Both the position numbers and the translations under genes were made by a program. Under the pieces are notes generated by a model. It saw only the letters and a list, made by a program, of their open reading frames with translations. It was not told where the DNA came from and made no database searches. A stretch of 64,000 nucleotides of DNA from a bacterium (GTDB lineage Bacteria > CAYTYR01 > UBA6262), in NCBI GenBank assembly GCA_028712895.1, contig JAQTPL010000006.1:239-64238 (forward strand), in the 5' to 3' direction. Every line of letters begins with the position of its first letter. The stretch's first letter is position 1. Below are positions 1 to 8,381 of this stretch, piece after piece.

Positions 1-1320
1 TTGCACATAGTAAACCGGGTTGTCTGAGCTGTGTTTCTTAGCCAACTCCAAGTCAAAATCAAGCGCACTGTCCGGACTGCGCATTAAGAAAAAGAACCGG
101 CAAGCATCCTTGCCTACTTCATCTAGGACCTGCCGTAAAGTGACAAATTCCCCGGCCCGGGTAGACATGGGAACTGTCTCTTTCCCTCTTTTAAGGCTGA
201 CCAGCTGATAGAGGATTATTTTCAGCTTTTCCTTGTAACCAAGCATTGAGGCCACTGCCTCCATCCTGGGCACATACCCATGATGGTCTGCTCCCCAGAT
301 GTTGATCACCTGGTTAAGAGGCGGCTTTCTTTCAAATTTATTGATTAGATAGGCAATATCACTGGCAAAATAGGTCGGCCTGCCGTCTGCCCGGAAGATC
401 ACCCGGTCCTTATCATCGCCAAAATCAGTGGTTTTAACAAAAACCGCGCTGTCTTCCTCATATGTTTTAGCGGGATATTCATGGTTTAGCTTATCTAATA
501 ATTCTTTTTTTAGGTCCTTACCTTCATATAAAGTATTTTCAAAGAACCAAGTATCGAAAACTACGCCAAAATCTTCCAAATCCTTTTTTATCCATTCTAA
601 AATTGTATTAATTGCGTATTCACGAAAAGCATTTTCATCTGCCATCTGCCGTCCCTGCCCGCCAACGCTTGCTGGGAGGGCGCCAGCTGCTATCTGTTCG
701 GCTATTTCCTTGATATAATCGCCTTTATACCCGTCTTCAGGGATTTCCTTATCTTCATAACGGGCCTGGACTGATTTGCCCAGGATATTCATTTGGTTGC
801 CGATATTATTGACATAGTACTCTTTTTGGACTTGATAACCAAGTGCGTTAAAGATCCTGGCTAAGGTATCTCCGGTGGCAGCGCCCCGTCCATGGCCGAC
901 ATGCAAGGGCCCGGTCGGATTGGCGCTGACAAATTCGATCTGGATATGCTTGCCTTTGCCGGCAGAGGTTTGGCCATACTTACCGTGCGGGGCCAGGATT
1001 TCACTTAATTCTTTATAAACTCTCTCTTTGGCCACAAAAAAGTTTATGAATCCATTACCCGCGACTTCCACTTTTTCCAATAAGTTTTTATCTTGGGGAA
1101 GTTTATCAACGATTAGCTTGGCCAACTCCCGCGGTGATTTTTCATAAAAAGCAGCGCCATAGAAAGCAATATTAGAAGCATAATCGCCAAATTTTTCATT
1201 ACCGGGCAAGGTTAAGAAGAATTTGTCACTTGACCAATTGAATGTTTTATCCTTAAAATCCGCCGCCGCGGCTTTTACCGCTGTTTCCAGCAGGTTTATT
1301 ATCTCATTATAAATAGTCAC
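1..1320 (-). CDS. argS: Arginine--tRNA ligase, 5' portion. GTG start at 1320; the C-terminus runs off the left edge of the window.
   Basis: My reverse-complement translation gives a class I aaRS with the HIGH-like motif 'ANPTGPLHVGHGRGA' and the ArgS block 'DNPVYYVQ' at the C-terminal end. It is missing from the ORF track because it is truncated by the window edge. Confidence 0.85.
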   Translation of the reverse strand, partial: MTIYNEIINLLETAVKAAAADFKDKTFNWSSDKFFLTLPGNEKFGDYASNIAFYGAAFYEKSPRELAKLIVDKLPQDKNLLEKVEVAGNGFINFFVAKERVYKELSEILAPHGKYGQTSAGKGKHIQIEFVSANPTGPLHVGHGRGAATGDTLARIFNALGYQVQKEYYVNNIGNQMNILGKSVQARYEDKEIPEDGYKGDYIKEIAEQIAAGALPASVGGQGRQMADENAFREYAINTILEWIKKDLEDFGVVFDTWFFENTLYEGKDLKKELLDKLNHEYPAKTYEEDSAVFVKTTDFGDDKDRVIFRADGRPTYFASDIAYLINKFERKPPLNQVINIWGADHHGYVPRMEAVASMLGYKEKLKIILYQLVSLKRGKETVPMSTRAGEFVTLRQVLDEVGKDACRFFFLMRSPDSALDFDLELAKKHSSDNPVYYVQ

Positions 1321-1665
1321 TTACATCTCCCATTTCACTTTGACTGCTTTACTCCACAATCTTTCCAGGTTATAGAATTCCCTGGCTTCTTTGATAAATA
1401 TATGCACCAGGACACCGGAAAAATCCAGCAATAACCACCGTTTAGACATCTGCTGCTGGCGATTACGCAGAGCTATCCCTTGGTCAATCAAACTATCGGC
1501 TATAGCTTCCCGCACAGCCTGGGCTTGCGGTTGTGAATTGACTGTCACAATTACAAAATAATCAGTAATAGGCGTTAATTTTCTGACATCTAAAACAACA
1601 ATATTCTCGCTCTTTTTGGCACTGGCTGCTTCCGCCGCCATAATTGCCGGTTTTTTATAGAGCAA
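1321..1665 (-). CDS. rsfS: Ribosomal silencing factor RsfS (Iojap family)
   Basis: The 114-aa protein is colinear with RsfS/YbeB. It sits downstream of nadD, a common arrangement. Confidence 0.8.
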   Translation of the reverse strand: MLYKKPAIMAAEAASAKKSENIVVLDVRKLTPITDYFVIVTVNSQPQAQAVREAIADSLIDQGIALRNRQQQMSKRWLLLDFSGVLVHIFIKEAREFYNLERLWSKAVKVKWEM

Positions 1666-2884
1666 TCTTTTGTCTCCAGTCTTCTCCGATAATGATCACT
1701 GCCTGGGTTAGGGAACTATCGCTCAGGCTGGTCTCGATCTCATCGCAATGAAGTATTTTACCCAGGTAATGGGCTGAGTCTATGTTACCGGTACGGTCAA
1801 TGATCTTAGTGTGAGGTAAAATCCGTTCAAAATTGCCCCACGTCAATACATCTACGCCTTTTTGGCGCAGATATTTAGTGACTTCCTCTACTGCCTCGCG
1901 ATTGCGGGTAGCATTCCATATCTCTACCCGGATATTAGCAGCGGCGTTATCATTGGCAACCGGATCTTCCCGCAGCAGCTGGGTAACTTTTTCCAGTCGT
2001 ATCTTGTCAATTTCCCAAACCCAAGCGCCTCTTACTGACACCGGCTTTCCCGGTAATTGCTGCTGCCGGAAATTCTGGGTGTTCAGTTTCCTTAACTCAA
2101 AAATTAAAGTTACGAGGTCATATAAACCAAGATCGGTATGTAAAGCATTCATACTGGTCCAGGCTAATTGCGGCATCCTGAAAATGATCGCCGGTGATTT
2201 TATTTTAGCGGCCAGAGCCCTGATAAAACTACGGTTGCGCTGCATACGTCCGATATCTCCCTGGAGATCTTTGCGGAAACGCAAATATTCCAGGCTTTGT
2301 TTACCATTCAAGGTCTGCCGGCCTGGTTTAAAATGGATATGCAGGTTGCCCCAATTGTCATCGTAATCCATTTTTTCGGTAATATCGAGCGTAACACCGC
2401 CCAAAGCGTCAACTATGCTGATCAGGTCATTAAAATCAAGCTGGATATAATAAGGGATTTCCAAGCCCAGCAAATTTTGGGTCACTTCCTTGGTCAGGGC
2501 TATGCCTTCCCCTATCCCGCCTTTTTTAAAGCCGTAAGCGAAAAATTCATTGATCCGCAGCAGCTTGTATTTTGGCACCCGAACCCGGGAATCGCGCGGG
2601 ATGGAAAGAATATCAGCCAAACGCTGGCGGGGATAAAAACTGACGAACATCAGGACATCGGCCCGCTTACTGTTCTCTGTCTCATCGCAGCCGATCAAAA
2701 GCAAGTTGATCCGCTCGCCTTTTTGTACTGCACGGTTGACCGGGCTATAAAAGGACAATCCGATCATGATGATAAGCAAACCCAGGGATATACCCAGGAA
2801 GACTTTGGTTATTGCTGGTTTATTTTCCATTATTCCCTTAAATGCGATTACCCGCCATCGCCAAGGCTTCGGCGGGCGCGGCAC
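1655..2884 (-). CDS. LytR-CpsA-Psr (LCP) family cell-envelope phosphotransferase. The real start is probably the internal Met near 2832 ('MENKPAIT...').
   Basis: An N-terminal TM helix is followed by an LCP core ('LLLIGCDE...RADVLMFVSF...SIPRDS...LGGVTLDI') and a LytR_C-like tail. Confidence 0.7.
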   Translation of the reverse strand: MPRPPKPWRWRVIAFKGIMENKPAITKVFLGISLGLLIIMIGLSFYSPVNRAVQKGERINLLLIGCDETENSKRADVLMFVSFYPRQRLADILSIPRDSRVRVPKYKLLRINEFFAYGFKKGGIGEGIALTKEVTQNLLGLEIPYYIQLDFNDLISIVDALGGVTLDITEKMDYDDNWGNLHIHFKPGRQTLNGKQSLEYLRFRKDLQGDIGRMQRNRSFIRALAAKIKSPAIIFRMPQLAWTSMNALHTDLGLYDLVTLIFELRKLNTQNFRQQQLPGKPVSVRGAWVWEIDKIRLEKVTQLLREDPVANDNAAANIRVEIWNATRNREAVEEVTKYLRQKGVDVLTWGNFERILPHTKIIDRTGNIDSAHYLGKILHCDEIETSLSDSSLTQAVIIIGEDWRQKIAL

Positions 2885-2889
2885 AGATT

Positions 2890-3471
2890 TTATTCGTATA
2901 ACTTATGCTTTTTTATATATGCGTACACTACTTTGGGAACAAGCTTACTGATACTTTTATTTTTGGCAATTTTTTGCCTGATAGCGGTTGCGGCAATAGG
3001 AATCCCGGTAATGCGCAATACGGCCACTTGCGCTGCCACCGGCTCCTGCGGTAACACTATTTGATAGCCTGGCCGGTTAATGACAATAAAGCGGCATATT
3101 CGCAGTAATTCCCGCCACCGGCGCCAGGTGCGGATCTCACCAAAAGCATCTGCTCCGATAATAAAAAAGAACTCCGCCCGGCGGCCAAGTTTTCTTTTTA
3201 AATGCCATACAGTTTCTATGCTATAGCTGGGAGATCTTTTGTTAGTTTCATACGCGCTTACGGTGAATTTCTTTTTATGCCGCAGGGACAGTTTAACCAT
3301 GGCCAGCCGGTCTTTGGCTGTAGCCTGGCTTTGCGCTTTATGGGGCAAAATCCCGGCGGGAATGAAGATGATCTTATCCAATCCCAGTTTTTGCCGCACT
3401 ATCCCGGCTATTTTAAGGTGACCGTTATGGATAGGATCAAAAGTTCCGCCGAATAAACCAATCTTTGTCAT
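2890..3471 (-). CDS. nadD: Nicotinate-nucleotide adenylyltransferase
   Basis: The protein begins 'GLFGGTFDPIHNGH' (HxGH nucleotidyltransferase motif) and is 193 aa, typical of NadD. Confidence 0.9.
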   Translation of the reverse strand: MTKIGLFGGTFDPIHNGHLKIAGIVRQKLGLDKIIFIPAGILPHKAQSQATAKDRLAMVKLSLRHKKKFTVSAYETNKRSPSYSIETVWHLKRKLGRRAEFFFIIGADAFGEIRTWRRWRELLRICRFIVINRPGYQIVLPQEPVAAQVAVLRITGIPIAATAIRQKIAKNKSISKLVPKVVYAYIKKHKLYE

Positions 3472-3486
3472 GAAAAACCTTAACTA

Positions 3487-3557
3487 AGCTCATAGCTCGA
3501 TGCTCGTAGCTCTTAGGATAGGTTAGAAGCATTTACTATGAGCTATGAGCTACCAGC
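3487..3557. repeat. Intercistronic inverted repeat (arms 'AGCTCATAGCTC' / 'GAGCTATGAGCT') in the proA-nadD spacer
   Basis: An 11-12-bp reverse-complementary pair separated by about 40 nt. It belongs to the GAGCTAYGA motif family seen again at 49861-49928 and 57981-58012. Confidence 0.5.
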
Positions 3558-3568
3558 CAAGAGCTTTC

Positions 3569-4825
3569 TTATTTCCGTGTTTGTCCGTTGCCGTAAATCA
3601 TATATTTATACGAACAAAGTTCATTCAGGCCCATCGGCCCGCGGGCGTGCATTTTTTGGGTAGAGATGCCGATCTCCGCTCCCATGCCGAATTCACCGCC
3701 GTCCGTGAACCGGGTAGAAGCATTCCAGTAAACCGCGGCTGAATCGACGGCGCGCATGAACTCATCGGCCCGTTTTTTATTCTTTGTTACGATAGTTTCA
3801 GAATGGTGCGATCCGAACTTATTAATGTGCGCCACTGCTTCTTCCGCTGTATCCACTATTTTGACGGAGAGGATAAGGTCAAGATATTCTTCTGACCAGT
3901 CTTCTTCCGCAGCCAGCTTGATGCCCTTCAAGATCGCCAGGGTTTTTTCATCACCGCGCAATTCTACTTTGGCTGCCGTAAAACGGGCGGCCATTTGCGG
4001 CAAAAATTCCAAAGCTATCCCATTATGCACCAGCAGGGTTTCCATGGCGTTGCATACTCCCGGCCGCTGCACCTTGGCATTAAAACAGATCTCTTCCGCC
4101 ATCTTCAGGTCAGCGTCAATGTCAACGTAGGTATGGCATACTCCCTTACCATGGGAAATAACAGGTATAGTAGAATGCTCTTTAATAAACTGGATCAATT
4201 CTTCCCCGCCGCGCGGGATGATCACATCAACGAATTTATCCAGCTTGACCATATCCAGGACTGCCTGGCGATCCGTGGTCTCAATAAACTGGATCGCTCC
4301 TTCCGGGATACCGGTAGCATAGGCTGCGGCAGCTATAGTTTTCGCCAGGATATGATTGGAATTGACTGCTTCCGAGCCGCCGCGCAAGATCACTGCGTTC
4401 CCGCTCTTTAGGCACAATCCTGCAGTATCAACTGTCACATTCGGCCGCGATTCATAAATAATGCCGATCACTCCCAGCGGAACACGCACTTTATTGATCT
4501 TCAAACCATTGGGACGCTCCACAGATAAAAGCACTTCCCCAACCGGGTCCTTTAAACCAGCCATCTCCTGCAATCCTTTGATCATGGCGGCTATCCGGGC
4601 CTCGGTAAGCGAAAGCCGGTCGATAAGAGCGGCGCTTAAGCCTGCTTCTTTGGCTGCTTCAACATCTATTTCATTCTTGAATAAAATATCGTCTTTGCCG
4701 GCTTGGAGCGCATCAGCCATAGCTAATAAAGCTTTATTTTTTATCTCTGTGGAGATATTAGCTAAAGCATAAGCAGCTCTTTTCGCGGCAGCCGCCCGTC
4801 TGATAATTTCCTCTTTTAGTTCCAT
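3569..4825 (-). CDS. proA: Gamma-glutamyl phosphate reductase
   Basis: The 418-aa protein is colinear with ProA (aldehyde dehydrogenase fold), including the active-site region 'GGEFGMGAEIGIST'. Confidence 0.9.
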   Translation of the reverse strand: MELKEEIIRRAAAAKRAAYALANISTEIKNKALLAMADALQAGKDDILFKNEIDVEAAKEAGLSAALIDRLSLTEARIAAMIKGLQEMAGLKDPVGEVLLSVERPNGLKINKVRVPLGVIGIIYESRPNVTVDTAGLCLKSGNAVILRGGSEAVNSNHILAKTIAAAAYATGIPEGAIQFIETTDRQAVLDMVKLDKFVDVIIPRGGEELIQFIKEHSTIPVISHGKGVCHTYVDIDADLKMAEEICFNAKVQRPGVCNAMETLLVHNGIALEFLPQMAARFTAAKVELRGDEKTLAILKGIKLAAEEDWSEEYLDLILSVKIVDTAEEAVAHINKFGSHHSETIVTKNKKRADEFMRAVDSAAVYWNASTRFTDGGEFGMGAEIGISTQKMHARGPMGLNELCSYKYMIYGNGQTRK

Positions 4826-4841
4826 AATGCACCTCTGAATT

Positions 4842-4880
4842 ACGAATAACTCGAATGATAGCGAATAAATGCCGAATAGA
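4842..4880. promoter_or_regulatory. Four direct CGAATRA repeats with about 10-bp phasing in the proA/MFS divergent region
   Basis: The stretch 'aCGAATAActCGAATGAtagCGAATAAatgcCGAATAGa' lies 20-55 bp upstream of the proA start codon. Confidence 0.4.
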
Positions 4881-4947
4881 CTACGCGCATGATTCGCCTC
4901 TGTTTGTTACTTTTACCACAAAAAAACAGTTATTTCAATGAAATTAA

Positions 4948-6123
4948 TTGCCAAAAACCCCTACTTTAAGCTATATTAATAACATGTTTAACATAATCAT
5001 GGTAGGTATTACCAGTTTACTGACCGACATTTCCACAGAAATGGTCTATCCGCTCCTGGCCATATTCTTAAGTACCACCTTAGGAGCCTCTACCTGGATC
5101 ATCGGCTTGATCGAAGGCATAGCGGAAAGTATCGCCAGCCTCTTAAAAGTGTTCAGCGGCTACCTTTCTGATAAGTCGCAGAAAAGAAAACCGCTGGCTA
5201 TACTGGGATATGGTTCTTCTACATTCGGCAAAATATTTCTCTATATCGCTACAAGCTGGTGGTGGGTCCTTTTATCGCGGGTCATCGACCGGTTCGGCAA
5301 GGGTATCCGCAATGCCCCCCGGGATGCCTTGATCGCTGATTCCAGCGCTAAAGAAAGAAGAGGCCGGGCATTTGGCCTGCACCGGATGATGGATACGATC
5401 GGGGCCGCAACCGGAGTGCTGATCGCCTATTATCTCCTGACTTCCCATGCCGGGTCTATAGATTACCGCAAAATATTCCTGATATCGCTGATCCCGGCAT
5501 TCCTGGGATTATTATTTCTTTTCTTGGTAAAGGAAAAGAAAGCTGCCCCCGCATCTGCTGCTAAAAAATTCTCTTTTAACTGGTCCGCTTTACCTCTGCG
5601 GTTAAAATTATTCCTGGTTGTGACCGTACTCTTTACCCTGGGGAATTCATCTAACCAGTTTTTACTGCTTAGGGCTAAAAACCTCGGCTATACCACAGAA
5701 AACGTGCTTTTACTCTACCTGGTTTATAATATCGTCTATGCCATGGTTTCTTATCCAGCCGGGCGGCTGTCTGATATTATCGGCAGGAAAAAACTGTTAG
5801 TTTGGGGTTATGTTTTTTACGGGGTAGTATATCTCGGGTTCGCTCTCACGAATGATCCGCGGTTACTATGGGGATTGTTCGGTTTATACGGAATCTATAT
5901 CGGCATGACTGAAGGCGTGGAAAAAGCCCTGGTTACAGATATTGCCCCGGAACACCTGCGGGCCACGATGATCGGTTTGCATGCCACACTGGTAGGTATC
6001 GGACTTTTCCCGGCGTCATTCCTGGCCGGCATCCTCTGGAACCAATTCGGGCCGGCAGCCACCTTCTACTTCGGCGGCATTACCGGCCTGTTAGCTGCGG
6101 TAGGCTTGCTGCTTGTGCTTTAG
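4948..6123 (+). CDS. MFS transporter. TTG start at 4948; ATG at 4984 or 4999 are alternatives.
   Basis: About 12 predicted TM segments and MFS-type loop motifs ('DRFGKGIRNAPRDALIAD', 'GRLSDIIGRKK'). Confidence 0.75.
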   Translation: MPKTPTLSYINNMFNIIMVGITSLLTDISTEMVYPLLAIFLSTTLGASTWIIGLIEGIAESIASLLKVFSGYLSDKSQKRKPLAILGYGSSTFGKIFLYIATSWWWVLLSRVIDRFGKGIRNAPRDALIADSSAKERRGRAFGLHRMMDTIGAATGVLIAYYLLTSHAGSIDYRKIFLISLIPAFLGLLFLFLVKEKKAAPASAAKKFSFNWSALPLRLKLFLVVTVLFTLGNSSNQFLLLRAKNLGYTTENVLLLYLVYNIVYAMVSYPAGRLSDIIGRKKLLVWGYVFYGVVYLGFALTNDPRLLWGLFGLYGIYIGMTEGVEKALVTDIAPEHLRATMIGLHATLVGIGLFPASFLAGILWNQFGPAATFYFGGITGLLAAVGLLLVL

Positions 6124-6157
6124 ATTTATAATAAATATTATATTACAATGTAATAGA

Positions 6158-6688
6158 TTATTCTTTGGTCGGATCAGCCGCAACTTTAAAACGTATATAA
6201 GTTTTGCATTTTACCAATTTACCTTCTGAATTTTCTTGTGACACTATGAGTTCTGTATTAACAAGCCATCCATACCCATTTGGACTTGTAAAGCTATAAG
6301 GAGCAATATATAGAACCTCTTTACCCGTATTTGGCATGACATTCCCAATTTTTACACTCCAGCTAGGATTAAATTTACCGCCAGTTTCACCAATATCATT
6401 TCCATCATTATCATAAGCGTGTGGAATTGCTTTAATTTTTACTCGTTCTCCTGGGCCAATTTCAATATACTGTTTACCAGTTTCAGCATTTAATATTTCT
6501 ATATCATCAAGTAATGGATTCTGCTTTTCTTGCTGTTCTTTAGCTTTTTGAAGTTCTTCTGCTTTCTGATTCTCTTGCTGTTCTATAACTTTTTGAAGTT
6601 CTTCAATTTTCAGTTTATCTTGAACTCTACTTGTAGCACACCCACATATCAGAAAGACTAAAGAACAATAAATAAAACTTTTTTTCAT
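6158..6688 (-). CDS. Lipoprotein of unknown function. Start taken at 'MKKSF...' with an AGGAGG Shine-Dalgarno sequence; the ORF extends to 6739.
   Basis: Signal peptide plus lipobox 'LICGCA', then a Glu/Gln/Lys-rich coiled-coil segment ('EELQKAKEQQEKQ') and a C-terminal beta-rich domain. Confidence 0.55.
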   Translation of the reverse strand: MKKSFIYCSLVFLICGCATSRVQDKLKIEELQKVIEQQENQKAEELQKAKEQQEKQNPLLDDIEILNAETGKQYIEIGPGERVKIKAIPHAYDNDGNDIGETGGKFNPSWSVKIGNVMPNTGKEVLYIAPYSFTSPNGYGWLVNTELIVSQENSEGKLVKCKTYIRFKVAADPTKE

Positions 6689-6735
6689 AAATCCTCCTGC
6701 ATTTATAATAATATTATCCCAAATAACCAGGTATC

Positions 6736-7098
6736 TCAAAATTTATAAACTACGCCTAATAGAGAGGCTTCTTTTTTTAACTTTACATCTAATGTCCATA
6801 AAGAGACTTCGCTTAACAAAGCAGAAGCCAACAGATACATATCAATAAGTCCGAGTCCCTTACCCATTAAATTATTCTTTTCAATAAACAACAATGTTTC
6901 TTCGTCATCTATATGTTCAACAGTGGGCAGAGTGCTAAGTAATGACAATATTTCCTTCCTATTCCTAATATTGCCACAGGCGAGCTCTCCAATGATAAAA
7001 GAGTGGCAGGCTATCTCGCCATCGTTTAAGAGCTGTTCCAGCCTGGCATTGCCATGACGCAAGTGAGCTATCCATATTGATGTGTCAGCAAGGATCAT
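6736..7098 (-). CDS. vapC: Type II toxin VapC (PIN-domain ribonuclease)
   Basis: The protein starts 'MILADTSIWIAHLR' (PIN-domain acidic residue and fold signature) and overlaps the upstream antitoxin gene by 4 bp. Confidence 0.8.
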   Translation of the reverse strand: MILADTSIWIAHLRHGNARLEQLLNDGEIACHSFIIGELACGNIRNRKEILSLLSTLPTVEHIDDEETLLFIEKNNLMGKGLGLIDMYLLASALLSEVSLWTLDVKLKKEASLLGVVYKF

Positions 7099-7289
7099 GA
7101 TTGAGTTCTCCGGCGAGGAATATTATGTATGTTTTTCTCAGTCCCTCCTAATTTAGCCAGTCTTTTACTGCTTTCTCTGGCTATTAAGGCTTCTAAACCT
7201 AATCTGACTAAAGTAGTCTTTTCCTTGATCCCGGTGAGAATTGATACTTTTCTGATCAACTCATCATTAATATTTAATGTTGTTCTCAT
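7095..7289 (-). CDS. vapB: Type II antitoxin, VapB-like. Start taken at 'MRTTLNINDELI', preceded by 'AAAGGGG'; the track ORF begins at 7331.
   Basis: A small antitoxin-type protein that overlaps vapC by 4 bp. Confidence 0.6.
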   Translation of the reverse strand: MRTTLNINDELIRKVSILTGIKEKTTLVRLGLEALIARESSKRLAKLGGTEKNIHNIPRRRTQS

Positions 7290-7437
7290 ATCATAACCCC
7301 TTTCATATAAAATATATGTATTATTATGCATTAATTATGCATACATGTCAAGTCTTTTTGTTATCCATAATTAAAAAACAAAGAAGGGATAACAGGTTTC
7401 TGCCATCCCTTCTTTTAAACTTATTAGTACTATACCG

Positions 7438-7722
7438 CTATTCTGTCCTGCTGGTTATTTCTATTAAATGGTATCCGAACTGGGTTTTGACCGGTCCGAG
7501 CACTTTTTTGATTTCACCACTAAAAACAACAGTATCAAATTCTTTCACCATCTGGCCCGGGGTAAATTCGCCCAAATCCCCTCCCTGCTTCCCGGATGGG
7601 CAGGTTGAAAATTGTTTAGCCACCTCAGCAAAATCAGCTCCGGCAATAATCTTGCTTTTTAATTCTTCACATTGTTCTTTGGTCTTGACCAAGATGTGTC
7701 TTGCTGCTGCTTTTTTCATCAT
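7438..7722 (-). CDS. ppiC: Parvulin-type peptidyl-prolyl cis-trans isomerase (PpiC-like, no signal peptide)
   Basis: A 94-aa single rotamase domain ('HILVK...GGDLGEF..GQM...GYHLI'). Confidence 0.85.
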   Translation of the reverse strand: MMKKAAARHILVKTKEQCEELKSKIIAGADFAEVAKQFSTCPSGKQGGDLGEFTPGQMVKEFDTVVFSGEIKKVLGPVKTQFGYHLIEITSRTE

Positions 7723-7754
7723 ACTCCTCCTGAGTTATATTGTATATATGCTTA

Positions 7755-8360
7755 TTAAAAAGATCCGCCTGGACGGCCCATCCCTCCACCCATGCCGCCT
7801 CTCATACCACCCATACCTTCCATACCTTGCCGTCCGCCGCCTTCACGGTTACCCATCTGTTCTCTCATCGCTTCCCTCATGGCCAGTTCTTTCTTCTTTA
7901 AATAGTTAAATAATATGTCCCTTTGTTTTTCTGATAATAACATACGCAGTTTTGCCTTTACCGACATTCTTATTTTGTATTGCTTACCCCACAGTTCGCT
8001 GATCTGGTCGATAAGGGAAGCGACGGCAGCCAGGTCAGGCTGTACAAACTGCCCGTTGACTTTCACCAAGTTCTTGATCGGTATTTTGCTTCTTAAGGTG
8101 CTTTCTTTAGAGGCAATCTCTTCTCCCATGGCCACTGCTTTGGCAATATCGAAGGATAAAGCCTTGAATTCCCCGTTTTGTTGCTCGTTCATTTCCAATT
8201 CCTTGATCAATTTAGCGTCTTTAGCCCACTCAAAATTTAATCCATAATCAGACCACTCTAAATCTTGCCTGGCCATGGATGGCGGCCGTTCAGCCGCAAA
8301 GCACTGAAGAGCACTCAATAAAAAAATAATGCCTAATAACAGCTTACTTTTGCTGAACAT
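7755..8360 (-). CDS. Secreted CpxP/Spy/ZraP-family (LTXXQ) periplasmic protein with a Met/Gly-rich C-terminal tail
   Basis: Signal peptide, a helical LTXXQ-like segment ('LSEKQRDIL') and the tail 'GMEGMGGMRGGMGGGMGRPGG'. Confidence 0.5.
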   Translation of the reverse strand: MFSKSKLLLGIIFLLSALQCFAAERPPSMARQDLEWSDYGLNFEWAKDAKLIKELEMNEQQNGEFKALSFDIAKAVAMGEEIASKESTLRSKIPIKNLVKVNGQFVQPDLAAVASLIDQISELWGKQYKIRMSVKAKLRMLLSEKQRDILFNYLKKKELAMREAMREQMGNREGGGRQGMEGMGGMRGGMGGGMGRPGGSF

Positions 8361-8381
8361 GTGTTTCTCCTTGGGATTATA

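Noticed and set aside
1833-3064. Plus-strand ORFs (1833-2366, 2297-3064, 2766-2951) overlapping the LCP and nadD genes
   Set aside because: They lie entirely inside well-supported minus-strand genes and have low-complexity, Arg/Ser-rich translations typical of antisense frames.
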